Positions 35,651 through 49,100 of a stretch of DNA of 64,000 bases are shown piece after piece. Origin of the DNA: Monocercomonoides exilis PA203. Taxonomy: Eukaryota > Protista > Preaxostyla. The notes beneath the pieces are model-generated. The model saw only the letters and a program-made list of their open reading frames with translations. It ran no database searches and was not told the origin of the DNA. Position 1 is the first letter of the stretch; every line of letters begins with the position of its first letter. A program made the position numbers and the translations under genes. The DNA lies in the NCBI GenBank assembly GCA_001643675.2, contig LSRY02000035.1:930001-994000 (forward strand), read 5' to 3'.

Positions 35651-36259
35651 ATGTTGTTTGTTTTACTTCAATGCATTGTTGAATGCATAAGTGGATACAA
35701 TGTACTGATTAAAGAGGGAAAAGATTTTTGTGCATCGGATGATTACGCAGGCAATACTGTTGTACATGTGAATTATAACTTTTCAATTCCAAAAAACGAA
35801 TCTAGCCAGAGGCCAGTTGGAGCAAGCGTTAGAATTTTCAACTCAAACAACGAAGAAATTTATCAATCTGATGTTAAACCAAGTGGGACAATTTCTTTTT
35901 CAACAACAAATTCTGGGGAATACAAATTTTGTTTTAACACAAACATGATGTTTTTCAGTTCAAAAAGAAACTTAATGTTGTTTTTAAAAATTTCATTTGG
36001 AAATGAAAATCTAACAGAAAACGAAAAAGCAAAAGAACTTCCAATATTGTTTTTGAAGCATCTTGAAGAAAAAATGCATTTAATCGAATCCGAACAAAAT
36101 TACTACATTCAAAGACACAATGAACTTTCATCAACTGAAAAAAGTAACACTCGCATGATTGTTGTTTTTAACGTGATTCAAATTTTTTCTGTTGTTGGAT
36201 TTGGATTCATGCAACTTCGCTTCTTTGTGCAATTCCTAAAACTCAGAAAAATCATCTGA
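35651..36259 (+). CDS. p24/emp24/gp25L GOLD-domain cargo receptor
   Basis: Signal-like N-terminus, GOLD domain (GEYKFCF), coiled coil EQNYYIQRH...STEKSNTR, C-terminal TM and QLRFFVQFLKLRKII tail. Confidence 0.88.
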   Translation: MLFVLLQCIVECISGYNVLIKEGKDFCASDDYAGNTVVHVNYNFSIPKNESSQRPVGASVRIFNSNNEEIYQSDVKPSGTISFSTTNSGEYKFCFNTNMMFFSSKRNLMLFLKISFGNENLTENEKAKELPILFLKHLEEKMHLIESEQNYYIQRHNELSSTEKSNTRMIVVFNVIQIFSVVGFGFMQLRFFVQFLKLRKII

Positions 36260-36557
36260 GAATTTAAAATGTTAATGAAAAGTTTCATTCTAATTTGTCA
36301 AAATTTAAAAGTTAGCGTAATTTCACATTTTAATATTGATGATTTTGTTTAGCAAATTAATTTGAAAATCATTTATAATTGTCATTTTTTTTCGTTTTTC
36401 AAATTTTTTGAATCAACTTTTTTTTTCTTTTATCTATGAAAATACGAGTGAAACAAAACAAATAGAAACGCTTCTTGAAAGAAAATGCATTGTTGTCTTG
36501 AAATCAAATTAAGCAAAACAATTGATAAAAAATTAAAAAAAGAAATTTTGTTATAAT

Positions 36558-39500
36558 CTATTCAGTTTTTGATCCATATCTTGCACGAAGACGTTTGATC
36601 GCTTCAGAAGGCGATGAAACATGGGGTGGTGGTTGAGTTGGTGGTGTGGGAGTGAAAGTGTACGACAAGCCATGAAAATTCTGTGACGGCGTCTGAATGG
36701 CTGATGTTGACTGAGAATACTGTGAAGATGCTGAAAGATTTGATGAAGATGTGTTCAGAGTCGACGAAGGCGCAGGAACAGAAGCCTGCCCTTTCTGCGA
36801 TGAAGTGATGATTGACTGAAGAAGTGGATGAGTAGAAGACAGCCGAGCAAGCGAAGAAGACAGAGCAGCAGCGCTTGAGGAAGTGATAAGCGTCGGATAG
36901 TCTGCTCGAAGCAGCCGATGAAGGCGAATGGAAGATGGCGAAGGAGAGAATGATAAAGATGAGGATGCTGTTGAAGCAAAACTGTCATCAAATGTCTCGC
37001 GATTTCCATGTTGGCCACTGGATGAAGAACGAGAAAAGTCTTCCGAGCGATCTTTGTCGCCCTTTGGCTGTGCATTTGCATTTTCTACAGAAGATGTGGG
37101 CGAGTGTTGTGATGAAAGTGGGGAACGTTGACGTGAATGTGGAGACGTCTCCTGAGAAGAAGGAGGATGAAGCGCTGAACGATGAGGTGAAGGAGACAAC
37201 TCGAAAGAATTGGAAGAAGAAGGCGAAAGCTCAGCTTCGATAAGATCAGTGCTCTGAGCAATTGGAGAGTCAAACTGTTGTTGTGGGTAAGTTGGAGGTT
37301 GAGGTGTTGAAATTGAATTACCTGAAGAAGAAGAAGAAGTGGAAGAAGCAGAAGCAGAATTCAAAGGTGGTTGCATTTTCTTTGCAGAAAATGAAGAAAG
37401 CGTCGAAGGCAATGGGACTGATGCTAGTGGCTGTTGTTGCATTTCTGTTGTTTGCTGAATTCCTTTGGAAACGATTGGTTGCGCCTGAAAAGCCTCAACT
37501 TTGCCAGAATTTGAAGTTAATGAAAGAGAAAAAGATGGAAATGAAGAAAACATTGAGCCAGGTTGGGAGTTCAAAGGATGTTGGATGTTTTTATTTCCTT
37601 GAATTTGAAATGATGCTTGATAAATAGCGGTGTTTGAAACTGCGTCTGAATGTGCCATTTCTTGAGTGACTTGAAGATCTTCCAGTTTCAGCGTTTCTTT
37701 TTTGTGATCCTCAAAATTCGTTGGCGGAGGAGTGTTGTGATCCATCTCGAAGTTTTCGTCCAAAAGAAATGACTGAAGTTCCTCCACGTCATCATCATCA
37801 TCATCATCTCCAGCTTCTTCTTCTTCTTCTTTTTCTTCTTTCATTCCGGCAGAGCTGTTGTCAGTTTGATGATGTTTGGACAAAGCGTCCTTCTCCACTA
37901 TTTTTTCAGAACTTTCCAGATTTTCTCTTGCTCTCCCTTCAAATTGACTTATTTGTCTTTTATCATTTTGCTCCTGCTGCATTCGTTGAGATTTCGTTGT
38001 TATCAACGGTAGCTTTGTTGACAATGATTGTGCATTTTCTCCTGAAAATTGTGCTTCCGTTTCAGAAGATGTTGGTTCAGATGGTAATTCTTTCTGTTCT
38101 TTCAAAGTTTTCGGCTGTGGAGCAAAAGTGACATGCTGAGAGAAACGCTTTTGTGACGTCTCTGATTGGATGCCTTTTGTTTCGCCATTTATTTGGCTTG
38201 ATACGTCATCTTTTCCTTTTTCTGGGAGCTGAATTCTTACAGAATTTTTGCGTTCCTTTACAGTTTTTTCTCCAAGTTCTGTTGCTTTTATTTGATTTTT
38301 GTTGTTTGCAGCTGCATTTTGAGCTTGAGAATAATGCTCGTTCCTGTTAGAGACACCGTAGAGTTCATATAGTTCTTCTTCCTCATCGTCAGTCAAAGAA
38401 GAATCAGCAACGTCAGTGTCATCATCATTGTGCTCGTTTCCTTCTCTTCCTTCATTTGCGACATCATCCATTTTTGATGCGCTCAAACCAGTCTGCTTTA
38501 ATCCCTCTGCTTTTCTTTCTTCTTCCCCAAAGAAATTTGCACGGGGCTTGACCGTTAATCCTTTCTTTGCATTTTCCATCTCCACAACCATCTGCCTCAA
38601 CGTGTCTGTTGTGCGTTTGTAGTGGGAACACGACGCTTCGAGTGATGTTACCTGAAAAAAAAATATGAACATATTTATTTTTGAAGAAAAGGAATGAGCG
38701 CCAGAAGTGTAATAACAGAAATAAATGAGTTAAAATGATAATAATAACATAATAATAATAATCGCATTTAGAGAAAATGATAACAGCCATTTGAGCAACA
38801 TTTCAATGTCATCTCGAAAAATCATATTGAACTTTTACAGCATACTTTTGCTTGTGCTTCACGGTAATTCTTTTCGATTTGTTTGACAACGCCTTCTAAT
38901 TCGATTCTCCTTCTTTCTTCTTCTTTTGCCTTTTCCGAATGCTTTGAGAGTTCTTTTTGTGCCACTGTCAATTCTCTGATTGTCTTGTTTCCGTCTTCTC
39001 GCTCTTCTTCTTCTTTCGCCTTCAATACTTCCAGCTTGTCTTTCGTTTTGGCCAATTCGAGTTGTGCCTCAGTCAGTTGCTGCGACAAACTGCTGTTCAT
39101 TCTCTGAAGCTCAGAATTCTGCCCTTCAATTTTGTTGTACTCTCTCTCTCTCTTCTCTTTTTCTGATATTCTCTGTGTCAAATCAAAAATTTGCTCGTGA
39201 AGAGCATTCATTTCAACATTGTGCTCCTTTTTAATTCGTGCCACTGTATTCTCAGCGTCAACTCGTTCTTTCTCCCTTTCTTTTTGAATTGCTTCATCTT
39301 TCCTCTTTTGCTCTTCAATATGTTGCAGCATAATTTGGATTTCTTGATCTGCTTTCCGTTTTTCTTTTTCGTGCTCAATTTGCAAAATGCTGATCTCCGA
39401 TTCTTTTTGGTGTTTGGCCTCTGTCAATGCATTCTCGTATTGCAGCTTCAATCTTATAATCTCCTCGTCCTCAACCTCTTCGTCTTCCCCAATATCTTTT

Positions 39501-40401
39501 CCACTTATTCGCATGTACTGTTTTCGCTTTCTTTCTTTCTCTTCTTTCTCTTTTTGCGCAATTTCTTGCTCTCGAATTCTTTGCTGGTTCCTAGTTTTTT
39601 CTAATTCTGAACGGAGAAAACTTACCATTTGATTCAAATCTGATCCTTTTCTTCGTTCATTTTCAATCTCTTGATTTTTCATCTGCTCTATCTGCTTCAT
39701 TTCTCTCTGAAGCCTATTGTTATCCCTTTCTAATTGTTCTGTCTGTTTTTTTAATTCTTTGATAATATCTTCTTCATCTAAAAGCATCTGCAATTTGAAA
39801 CATGATAATTATATTCAAAAAATAGTTAATAACAGCATACTCCTTTCATTTTGGCATTTTCTTTTTCAAGATTTGATAAACGTCCTAATCTCTCTGCATT
39901 TTGTCCACCCTTTTCAATTGTTTCTGCTTTTAATTGCTCCAATTGCTCTTGGAGGGCAGAAACTTTTCCCTTCTCTTCTTCCAACATGACGTTTGAATGC
40001 TTTAACTCTGTTTTTGAATCTTGCAATTCTGACATAATATCATCTAAAAATGTCTCTTGAAGGAGAATATGTCCTTTTTTCTTTCCTAATCCAAGCTGCT
40101 CAGCTTTTTGGTCCAACGATTGCTTCATAACAGAAACAAAGTTTTCAAGTTGTTGAAGCCGTGAACTCATTTTGTCCATGACCATTCGATCTCTATCAGG
40201 TGAGTTATCTTGCGAAAAATTCCCTGGTGTCCTTATCGTCTATAAAATAAGCAAATAAAATTATTGTAATTAAATTCATTTATCAGCAATCAATAAAAAT
40301 TATCATACATCAGAAGGAACATATTGTGAAGAAATAAAATGAGTTTGTTTATGCTCCGTCTGATGCGAAGGAGTTGAAGGAATTGGCGTTTTCACACTCA
40401 T
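36558..40401 (-). CDS. Hypothetical coiled-coil protein with a long low-complexity S/P/Q C-terminus
   Basis: Four exons joinable by GT-AG introns (approx. 40309-40401, 39839-40240, 38846-39788, 36558-38651). E/K/Q heptads. No recognised domain. Confidence 0.7.
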
Positions 40402-40571
40402 TCAAAAATTCAAGAAAAAAAATATGGTCAATAAATTTTTCAAATTCACTTAAATTTTATAAAAATAACATTTATTTGCTATTAAAGATGAAGAAAGAAT
40501 ATCTCAATTCTTTCACGATATTGTGGTCAAGATCGTATTTCGATTGTGAAATTCTTTGTTACTAATTCACA

Positions 40572-41067
40572 ATGGATCCTGCATTGATGGATTCTGAGAA
40601 AAAAAATTTAAAAATGATTAAATGCAAGTTGTGTGGGGACATTATATTCCTCCCTAAAACCGCAACTTTTGTTGAAAAAGAGGTATTCATTTTAATAAAT
40701 ATCAAATTATTTATCTTTCGAAACATGACCAAAATTTTAGGTTTATATTCCAAATTTTCAATCTAAAAGTGTGGAAGATGGAGAAATGAAGAAAGATTTT
40801 TGGATGGTAAAGAATATGTACGAATTTGCAAATATTGGATTTTCTCATAACGTGAAGGGTTCAGCAAAAGGAGCAACGTCAACAGTCACCCCAATAATGC
40901 CAAGTTCATCTGATTCTTCTTCATCTGCAACTCCGTCATCTGATGGTCGCGTTCTTCCAGATCACGTTCGTTTTTTGACATGCGCTGCATGTGAGCAGGG
41001 CCCTGTTGGTATTTCTCTCTCTGGAACTGAATTTCTTGTTGAAGCACATCGCGTCTCCTACGATTAA
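40572..41067 (+). CDS. RABIF: Mss4/Dss4 Rab-interacting factor
   Basis: KN...IKCKLCGDIIF, FWMVKNMYEFANIGFSH, FLTCAACEQGPVG zinc ligands. Intron about 40684-40740 restores the frame. Confidence 0.9.
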
Positions 41068-41234
41068 ATATGTTGTTTTCTTTATTCACTTCATTTCATT
41101 TTTTAGAGTGTTATTTTCGATCTTCTTCAATTGAGTCCTTATTTTGTTTGAACTTTTAAAATCAAAATTTTATTCAAGTGAAATGGTTTTGTGAAATGTA
41201 ACACAGCAAACATAGTTTTTTATTCTATTATATA

Positions 41235-44200
41235 TCAAGAAAAGATTGCATTCAAGCATTTCTTTCTTTCTTCATCAAGCTCAATCCAAAGTTTTGAAAG
41301 AACTTCAGACGGAAGACATTTTCTGATCGCTGGAAGCATCATTTTAAATTTCTCGTTGGTTGCTTGGCTAACAAAGTCTGTGTCAACAACAAAGCATAAA
41401 ATCTTGAATAAATGGGCCAACTGATTCACTCCCTTTGATAGTGAAGAGAGAGCAGTTCCTGAAGAAAGGGCATCAGAAATTTCCTTTGCAATCGCCTCCC
41501 GCTCGGGGCAAGCGCCTCCAAACAACAACGAATCACGAGCTTCAACAAACCAACAGAGCGTGTCGTGACATGTCACTGCCTCTTCCTCGTCTCCAAGAAG
41601 CGGAAGATGAGCAAAGAAGGTTAGTTTCAGTCGAAATGCGCTTTCCTCTGAATTTGGCAACGAACTTGAATGCTTCTGGAGAATCCTCAAAAGAGCAGTA
41701 ACAGCATTGTCATGTGCGTTACGCGCTTCGTCAAGCACTTGATCATCAACCAAATCAAGCTCCTCTTCAGAAGCATCACTTTTGCCTTCTTGTTGAACAT
41801 CGCTTGCACAAGAATCGTTTTGAATAAACGGATATCTAAACAGGGCACCAGATTGCTGCGATGGCATTGACAGCACAGCAGATATTTCAACATGTGAAAG
41901 AAGCGCAGGTCCAGTTGATCCCATTTTCTTCTGTTTCTCTTCGACCAGTCGTGCTGATGCCAATCTAATCTCTTTCATTCTCTCTCTTGAAAGAGGATAT
42001 TCGAGCACGCCCATCAGCTTTTCCACAGCTTCGCTGCAGAATGCGCCAAACTGTCCCTGACTCCCATTCAATGCACAGAATGCGAGTCCGACACACGCAT
42101 TACGCCGTGTGCTTTCCTCTCTCTGGACCACATCCACGGCCAAGTCAATGTAATGCAGGAAGATCGGAGCAAAGCGGGGAATTAGTTGTGATGCTTGAGC
42201 TCCTCCATATTGAATGCAGCGAGAAAGAATTGACAAACCAGTGACTCGATCTGCTTCATCTGCTGTTTGTTGAGCTGCCGCAGTGGAAGAAGAAGAAGAA
42301 AGCTGTTGCTGGAGAAGCTGGGGAGTAATTGTAAAATATGTGTCTTCTGAAGTGATAGAATTGGGGCGAGGTGGAAGAGTAACCATCTCCAAAACAACAG
42401 GAAGAATACTTTTCTCAAAATATGGAACAAACAATCCGCCAAATGTTGAGAACAAAAGAACAATGATGCGTGAAATGTTGCGAAGGACAGAGTCTTCATG
42501 TGCCAAACTCACTTTTGCATCGTCGTCTTCCTCTCCGTTCGCCACGTCTTCATCGTCGCCTTGTTCAACAACTTCCTCCAGCGCCTTTCGCCTGCTCCGC
42601 ACGTTCACAAGAACAACCCTTAGCATTTCTGCATACTTTTCTAAGTCGAAGCCATTCGCCACACTTCCAGCAAAGCATTCAATCAGGCCAGCCTGACTAG
42701 AAGATTGAGGAGAAGCCATTGCGAGTGGCTGTGCAACGTGTGAGGAAGATCCCCAGGGTGATTCCAGTTCTGCACCTTGTGCGCTTTGCGGGTTGAGAAG
42801 GCAGGAAATTGCTTTGAGAGAAGTGAGGATAGAAAGAGTGATTGATGAGCGCTCTTCGGATGAGACGTCTTCTGCGTTGATGAGAGCAGAAAAGAGCAAA
42901 GGTGATGCTGAAATGAAGAGAGAAACTGGATGGAGATGTGAAGGAACAGAAGGAAGAGGAGGAAGAGGAGGCAGTGATGATGAAGCAGGAGACGCAGCTG
43001 ATCCAGTAGATGGTATTGCAGAGATCTCATTTGCAGCTTCTTTCTGAAGTGCTTTTGGATGGAAAGGAGAGTCTGGTGGCTGAGGAGATAAAGCACGAAT
43101 GCAGAACATGATCGCAGATGCGCACAAATCAACAGGAAAGATTGAAATTGTTCCTTCTTTTGTCTCACTTTCAAGCAGAGCACAGGCAACTCTAACGGTT
43201 TCTTCAATGAATGGTACAAAATATGGTCCCATAGAATCAGCGTAGCTTGCAATGAGAGTAAGCGCAGTTTCTCTGTCGCCTATTTTGCTGCTCAGCGCTT
43301 CTTCTCTCTTTCTTGCTGAGATTCCTCTCAGATGTCGTGTTTCCAGCAGAAGTGCCGTGTTGTTGTCGCCTCTCAGAGCTGCATCCACAAATTTTCGCTG
43401 CTCTGCACTTGGATCTGTCTGCGCTTCAGCAAGCAGCGGGGGAATAAGCAGAGGCAGCATCGGCGCAAATCTACCGCGCAGAAGACTCGAAAGATGCACC
43501 CACATCATGTTAATCACATCTAACGACTCGTCAGCCACTGCCTGTTTCGTTCGAATAGCTTGTGCTGTGAAGGAGCTCCCTCCATCTCCTCCTCCACTGC
43601 CACTGCCAATTTGACTTCCATTTGCTGCTTGCGAAAGAGTCTCTTTTCCTTTGACAATTTCGTCGATCAGCTTCAGCACAGCCGATGTGAAAGGTGCTAA
43701 TAGAGGGGCTGCTGCCTCTTTCCCCACAGCAATCATCAGCTCTGCAGCAGCATTCGTGGCGAGCGCCTGGTATTTCTTGTCCTTTTCTGATTGGAGTGTG
43801 CTCGTGTCTGCTGCCATGATCCCCATCAGAAATGGTGCCAATGAAGAGAAAAATGGCTGCATTGCATCGTCAGCTGTGTCAATGACACAACACAATGATT
43901 GCATCGCTTCGTTTCGGATGGTCTTTTTGGCTTCGATGATGCGAACAGACAGAGAAAGTGCCAGCGAAGCAGCATTTGCTGAGGAAGAAGACGCTGCTGC
44001 AGTGGCAGTCGCAGCTGCCAAAGCTGACTCTTCTGAAATCTCCATCGTCAAAAGATGCCCCAAAACAGACACAATTTGAGGGAGAAGTGGAATTAAGTGT
44101 GTCTTCGGTGTTGTTTCTGCAATGTCCTGAATTGCCCGCACAGCAATGTCAATCAATGTGAAGCATCTTTTCACATCTTCCCGCTGCCCAACAGATGGAA

Positions 44201-45989
44201 GTGCCGTTGGAGCAGCCGCTGAGAGCTGTGGAGATGAGGCTGGCGGGCTTGCAAAAGAAGGTTGAGTATTCGTTAAGCCATTTCCAACAGGTGCAATTGG
44301 TATATCGCTTATGACAGATAAGATGGCGTTGAGTGCATCAGCCACAAAAGTGCGGGTGGTTGTGAAGGCGCTCTTCAGATCGCGGCAGAATGTGGACAGC
44401 GCATGCACAGCTGCCAATATCACTCGTGTGGATGGATCGTTGATGTGTGCAAGAGTCAGAGAGAGGAGAAACTGCATCTTGTCTGCGGTGAGCGTGGATG
44501 AGACCCCTTCCACAACAGACGTCATCAGAAGCAACCCAACAAAACGTTCTTTCCATTGAGATGAAGACAGACATCGTTGGACAAAGGGAATGATTGTGGA
44601 TGTTACAAACACTCCATCTAAAAACGAAACATCAAGCAAAAAAAGAGCAAGAAATAAGAAAATGAAAGAAATTGATGTTAATTAAAGATATTTCCAGCAT
44701 TTGAAAGTATTATTTAATTCATAAATAGCAAAACAAACCCATCGCTGTTGCAAATCTGTCTAGTGCAGCTATTCCAGCGTCAAGTGTGTCATTTGGATCA
44801 TCATCATCGTCTGTAATTGTCCAGTTCTCGTCTTCGGTGAAAGACATCATGAGAGCAATCACAGCCTCCACAAAAGCAGATGAAAAGCGACTTTCTTTCT
44901 TCAGCTGCTTCGCAAAAGGCTTCAACAGAGACACAACTAATTCCAGTGCTGTGTTTCGCAGAGAGAGCATTTGATAGCGGACAGATTCTGGAAGAGCTGT
45001 TGATTGAGGAGAACTTATTGATGAAGAAGTCGAAGATGGAGATGGAGCAGATGCGCTCGCAAGCATTTTGTTACAAGTGTCGACAATGTGCAGCATCCCC
45101 ATCCACAGCGACTGGAGAATATCTTCGAAAAAGGAAGGGCGCACAATCACAATGTTCATCATTTGCTGGATGCATTCAACAGACATTGAATAGTTGCCCT
45201 TCTCCAAATACCCAGTGACTGTTGCCAACATGATGGGTGCAAGTTGCTTGAATGGCTTAATGTGAGCCTTCTTTTTGCCTGCAACTGGAAGAATAAGAGA
45301 TGTTGTTTGAATAGCATTTTTTTTCACTTGATCCACTTCCGTTGAAGCAAGTGCCCGGCCAATGATTGTAACAAGTGTATTGATATGTGGAACGAAAATT
45401 GACGCATTAGAAGGAACTATAATTGAAAATATTGTGAGTGCTCCGCTTCGGATACGCGGGTTAGCGTGACTTGTCCAAGAAAAAACAGTTGATATGAGAT
45501 CAGACCACTTGTTCGAGTCCTTCTGGAGAACAATACTTCCCATATTCCCTATGCAATGCGCAGTATGATAGTTTGTTTTATCATCTAAATTATCATTGAG
45601 GAAAAGAGCGCAAAGTTGTGCTTTCATTGCGTTAAAAGTGTCTCCAGAAACAAGTAAAACGATTGAAGGATCATTTGGAAAGTCAATAAGACGTTGTCTT
45701 AGATGTACTAATGAAAAATGGCGAACCTATATTTTATTTAAGAGTGAAAGATAAATATTTTTGTTCAAAATTAATATGTTTTTTCTGATTCTTTGAAAAT
45801 GAAATCTATGCAAACACTTTCCTGTACAGAATTATTTGCTACACGAATTGCAATTAGCGCATATGCATCTGGTTGAGTTTTGACGAGATTGTCGAGATAA
45901 GCAACAGCTGAATGTCTCAATTCAGCTTTTGGAGAAAGGGCATTAAGCACTTGTTGTTCAAATGCGGAATCGGAAATTTCCGTTTGCAT
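41235..45989 (-). CDS. Importin-beta family HEAT-repeat karyopherin (importin-4/5, Pse1-like)
   Basis: IBN_N-like start (LNALSPKAELRHSA...VRHFSLVHLRQRL), KWSDLI, AALDRFA, QWKERFVGL...EG, DP..RV..AA, HDNAVTAL, LPLLGDEEEA. Two introns. Confidence 0.85.
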
Positions 45990-46102
45990 TTTTAATTAAT
46001 GTTTGCTATATGAAATAAAAATTTCAATAGCAACTGGGAAAAATGAAAAAATAAATTTTCGAATTTAAATTACGTTTATTTACTGATCATGAAAATTTTT
46101 TG

Positions 46103-49100
46103 TTAAATGAAAGATTTTGTTAAAATAAGACCATCTGCCATTCCCTTTGGCGATGATTGTTCTTTTGTTGTCATCTTTTCAAGCAGAAGAGATAAGCCTA
46201 CAATTCCCATTTCACAATGACCTCTGACAGTTTCATCGGTTTCTTGTGAAATTGAAGAATGAATATCAAATGCAGACCTAATATCACTCACAAGCGAGCC
46301 AAGTGGAAACAAATCAGGTTGAGGAGACAACAGCATTGCATTGATGACTGAATTGAGGAGCAAGGCAGCACCTCTTCTGAGACCCACAGAAGAAGATGGA
46401 AGCGAAAGAATTGATAAGCCGAGACGTGATGTCTGATAGACAGAAGGCATCAAACCCACGCCAAGCAAATCACACAGACGAGAGAGAAGGACAAGAGCAG
46501 AACTTTGAAATGAACTGGATTCTGCAGAAGAAGAAGGAGAGGAAGAGGAAGATGAGGAAGATGATGATGGATCAGTTGGATTAAAAGATGCCATTGAAAA
46601 CAGAGGAGAATAAAAGAGATGAGAATAATGTGGAACAAGTTCCCCTTTCTTCTCCATCGTCTTTAAAAGAACGTCGAAAATTGCCAGCTTCACGTTTTCT
46701 TCTTCGATTTTGACATCGTTTGGAAGGCTTTCTTGTTCTTCTTTATTCAAAAGATGAGAAGTTGATTGTGTTTGATGTGATCCAATGTCTGCCGGAGATT
46801 GTGGAATGATTAGCTTATTGGTTGAAGAAGAAGATGATGATGAAGGAGATGATGATGATGATTGAGATGTTGTTTCAATGGCCACATTTCCTGCAATGCA
46901 AGACAGCAGCTTCGGAATGTATTCATCGGGAAAGGCATCAGCCAAGTCTGCGTAGCATTCGATTGTGAAGCCGACGACAAACGAGTCCTTCTCAAAGAGG
47001 AGCGGAAGGAGCAGAGAAGACAGCTCGCTGTGCATCGACAGGACAGCCGCGTCGCGTGTGCGGAGGAGCTTTGAAATGGAATACACGCCAGACGCTCTGA
47101 TGGGGATGATTGGGTCACGAAGAGCAGAAAGGGCGCTATGGAGGGTGCGCTGTGTGGATGAGGAGGGGGCAGAGGAAGAAGAGGAGGAGGAAGAAGAGGA
47201 GGAGGAAGATGGGTCTTGGAGGAGAAGAGCGTTGAATGCAGATAAAATGAATGTTGCCATTTCTCTGAATGAAGAATCTGGATGGCGGAGAAGCTGCAAG
47301 TGATATTCAAAAATTGCAGAGGGGAAAAAGAAATTATGAAAAGTTAAAATAAAAAAATTGAATAAAAAAAGATGAATCCAAATCATAAAAAGAAAACAGA
47401 AAGTGAAAAATAAAAGGTTTTAAAATACAGAAAGAATAAATAAGCACATCTTACACACTTTTCCCAAAGGAATGAGCAGCTCTCTGATTGCAGCGTGGTC
47501 TGTAGCGAACACTTTGATGGAGCCTTCAGCAGCTGCAGTGAGGATGAACAGAACTGTTCCTATCAACTCGTCTGGATTGTACGTCATTATCGAACGGAAT
47601 GCTTCGTATTCTTCGTCATACAATTCATCATCATCATCTTCTTCTTCTTCTATTTCTTCTTTCTCTTCTTTCTCATCTGCATGTTTGGCTTCTTCCTCTT
47701 CTTCTTCTCTTTTCTCCTTCTCTTTCTTCGTCTTTTCTGTTATTTTCTCTGATTTTGCTGCTTCTGTCTCGTTTGGTGGCTTCCACAGAGTCAAAATCTC
47801 CATCGCCAGCTCAACACACAGCCGGAAGCTTTTCAATGCAGACGGGCCAATCTCTTCGCAGAAGGCGATGATGAAGTGAAGACGCCATTGGGACAGTGAA
47901 GCAGAAGAAGAAGAAGAAGAAGAAGAAGAAGAAGAAGAAGAAGAAGAAGAAGAAGAAGAAGAAGAAGAAGAAGAAGAAGAAGAAGAAGAAGAAGAAGAAG
48001 AAGAAGGATGAATAGGAAGTTCTGAAGCATTTGTAGATACAGAATCTGATGATGATGAAGAAGTGTGCTTATGTTCTGATTTTTGTTGCTTTTCCTTATT
48101 TTCATTGTCTTCTCCTATTTCCTCGATAAACTTCTTCTTCTTCTTCTTCTTCCCATTCTTTCCGTCTATCGAATGCATCCTTTTCCACTCTTCTTCCTCT
48201 TCAGCTGCTTTTTGCTTCCTCTCTTCGTAGTACTCCTTCAGAATCACCAGAAACACATCGCCCGGCAGCGACGAGGCAGCCGACAGACGAGAAATCTCCT
48301 TCAGAAGCAGCACAGCACACTTGGCGTCTCTTTCGAAGTCACGCGGCTCGTCTGAAAGAGAACAGCAGACGCTGCCGGTGTCTGTCAGCTGGAAGGCCAA
48401 TCTTTTGGGTGAATGAGAAGAAGCGAAAGAGGAAGATGAGGAGGAGGAAGAAGAAGAAGAAGAAGAAGAAAATGATGATGATGATGAAAAGTTCTTTAAG
48501 CGATAGCTTTCTGTGTTGTGAAGTAGAAGCTGGAGGAATAGATGAAGTGCTGGATGGAACAGCTCTTCCTCTTCTTGTTTTGTGCTGTCTTTTTCTCTTT
48601 TGCTCTCCTTTTCATCTTTCTGTTTACTCTCCTTTGCTGCCTTCCGCGAAATAGCCACGCTGTGCTTGAAGAAGCTGGCACATGCTTCCATCGCAGCTGT
48701 TTTGGCGGCTGATGGCGTTGACTGAATGAACGAAAGGAGGCGAAAGAGGGGATTAATGACTGGATAGAGCAAGTTGAGCAGCGCAGCGGAGGGAGGAACA
48801 GGAGACGAGTGCAAGAGAAGGTGGAGTGTCTCGAGCCCTCTCGATACATCAGACTCAGAAATAACAGTCACATTTCGTTCGGTTGATTCGCTGCTGCTTT
48901 CGATATTGTTTGGATCTTCTGACTTTTCGAGGCAATCCATTTCAGCTGTTTTTCTGTCTTCGTATTCTTGTTCTGTGCCATCCTCCAAATCCAGCAGCAC
49001 TTTCATGCGATAGAATGCGCTCAGAAGAGGCTGCAGGATGTGCTTTTCTGTGCATTCTGGGCTTCTCTCAGCCAAAACGGAGACGACAGTCACTGCCGCG

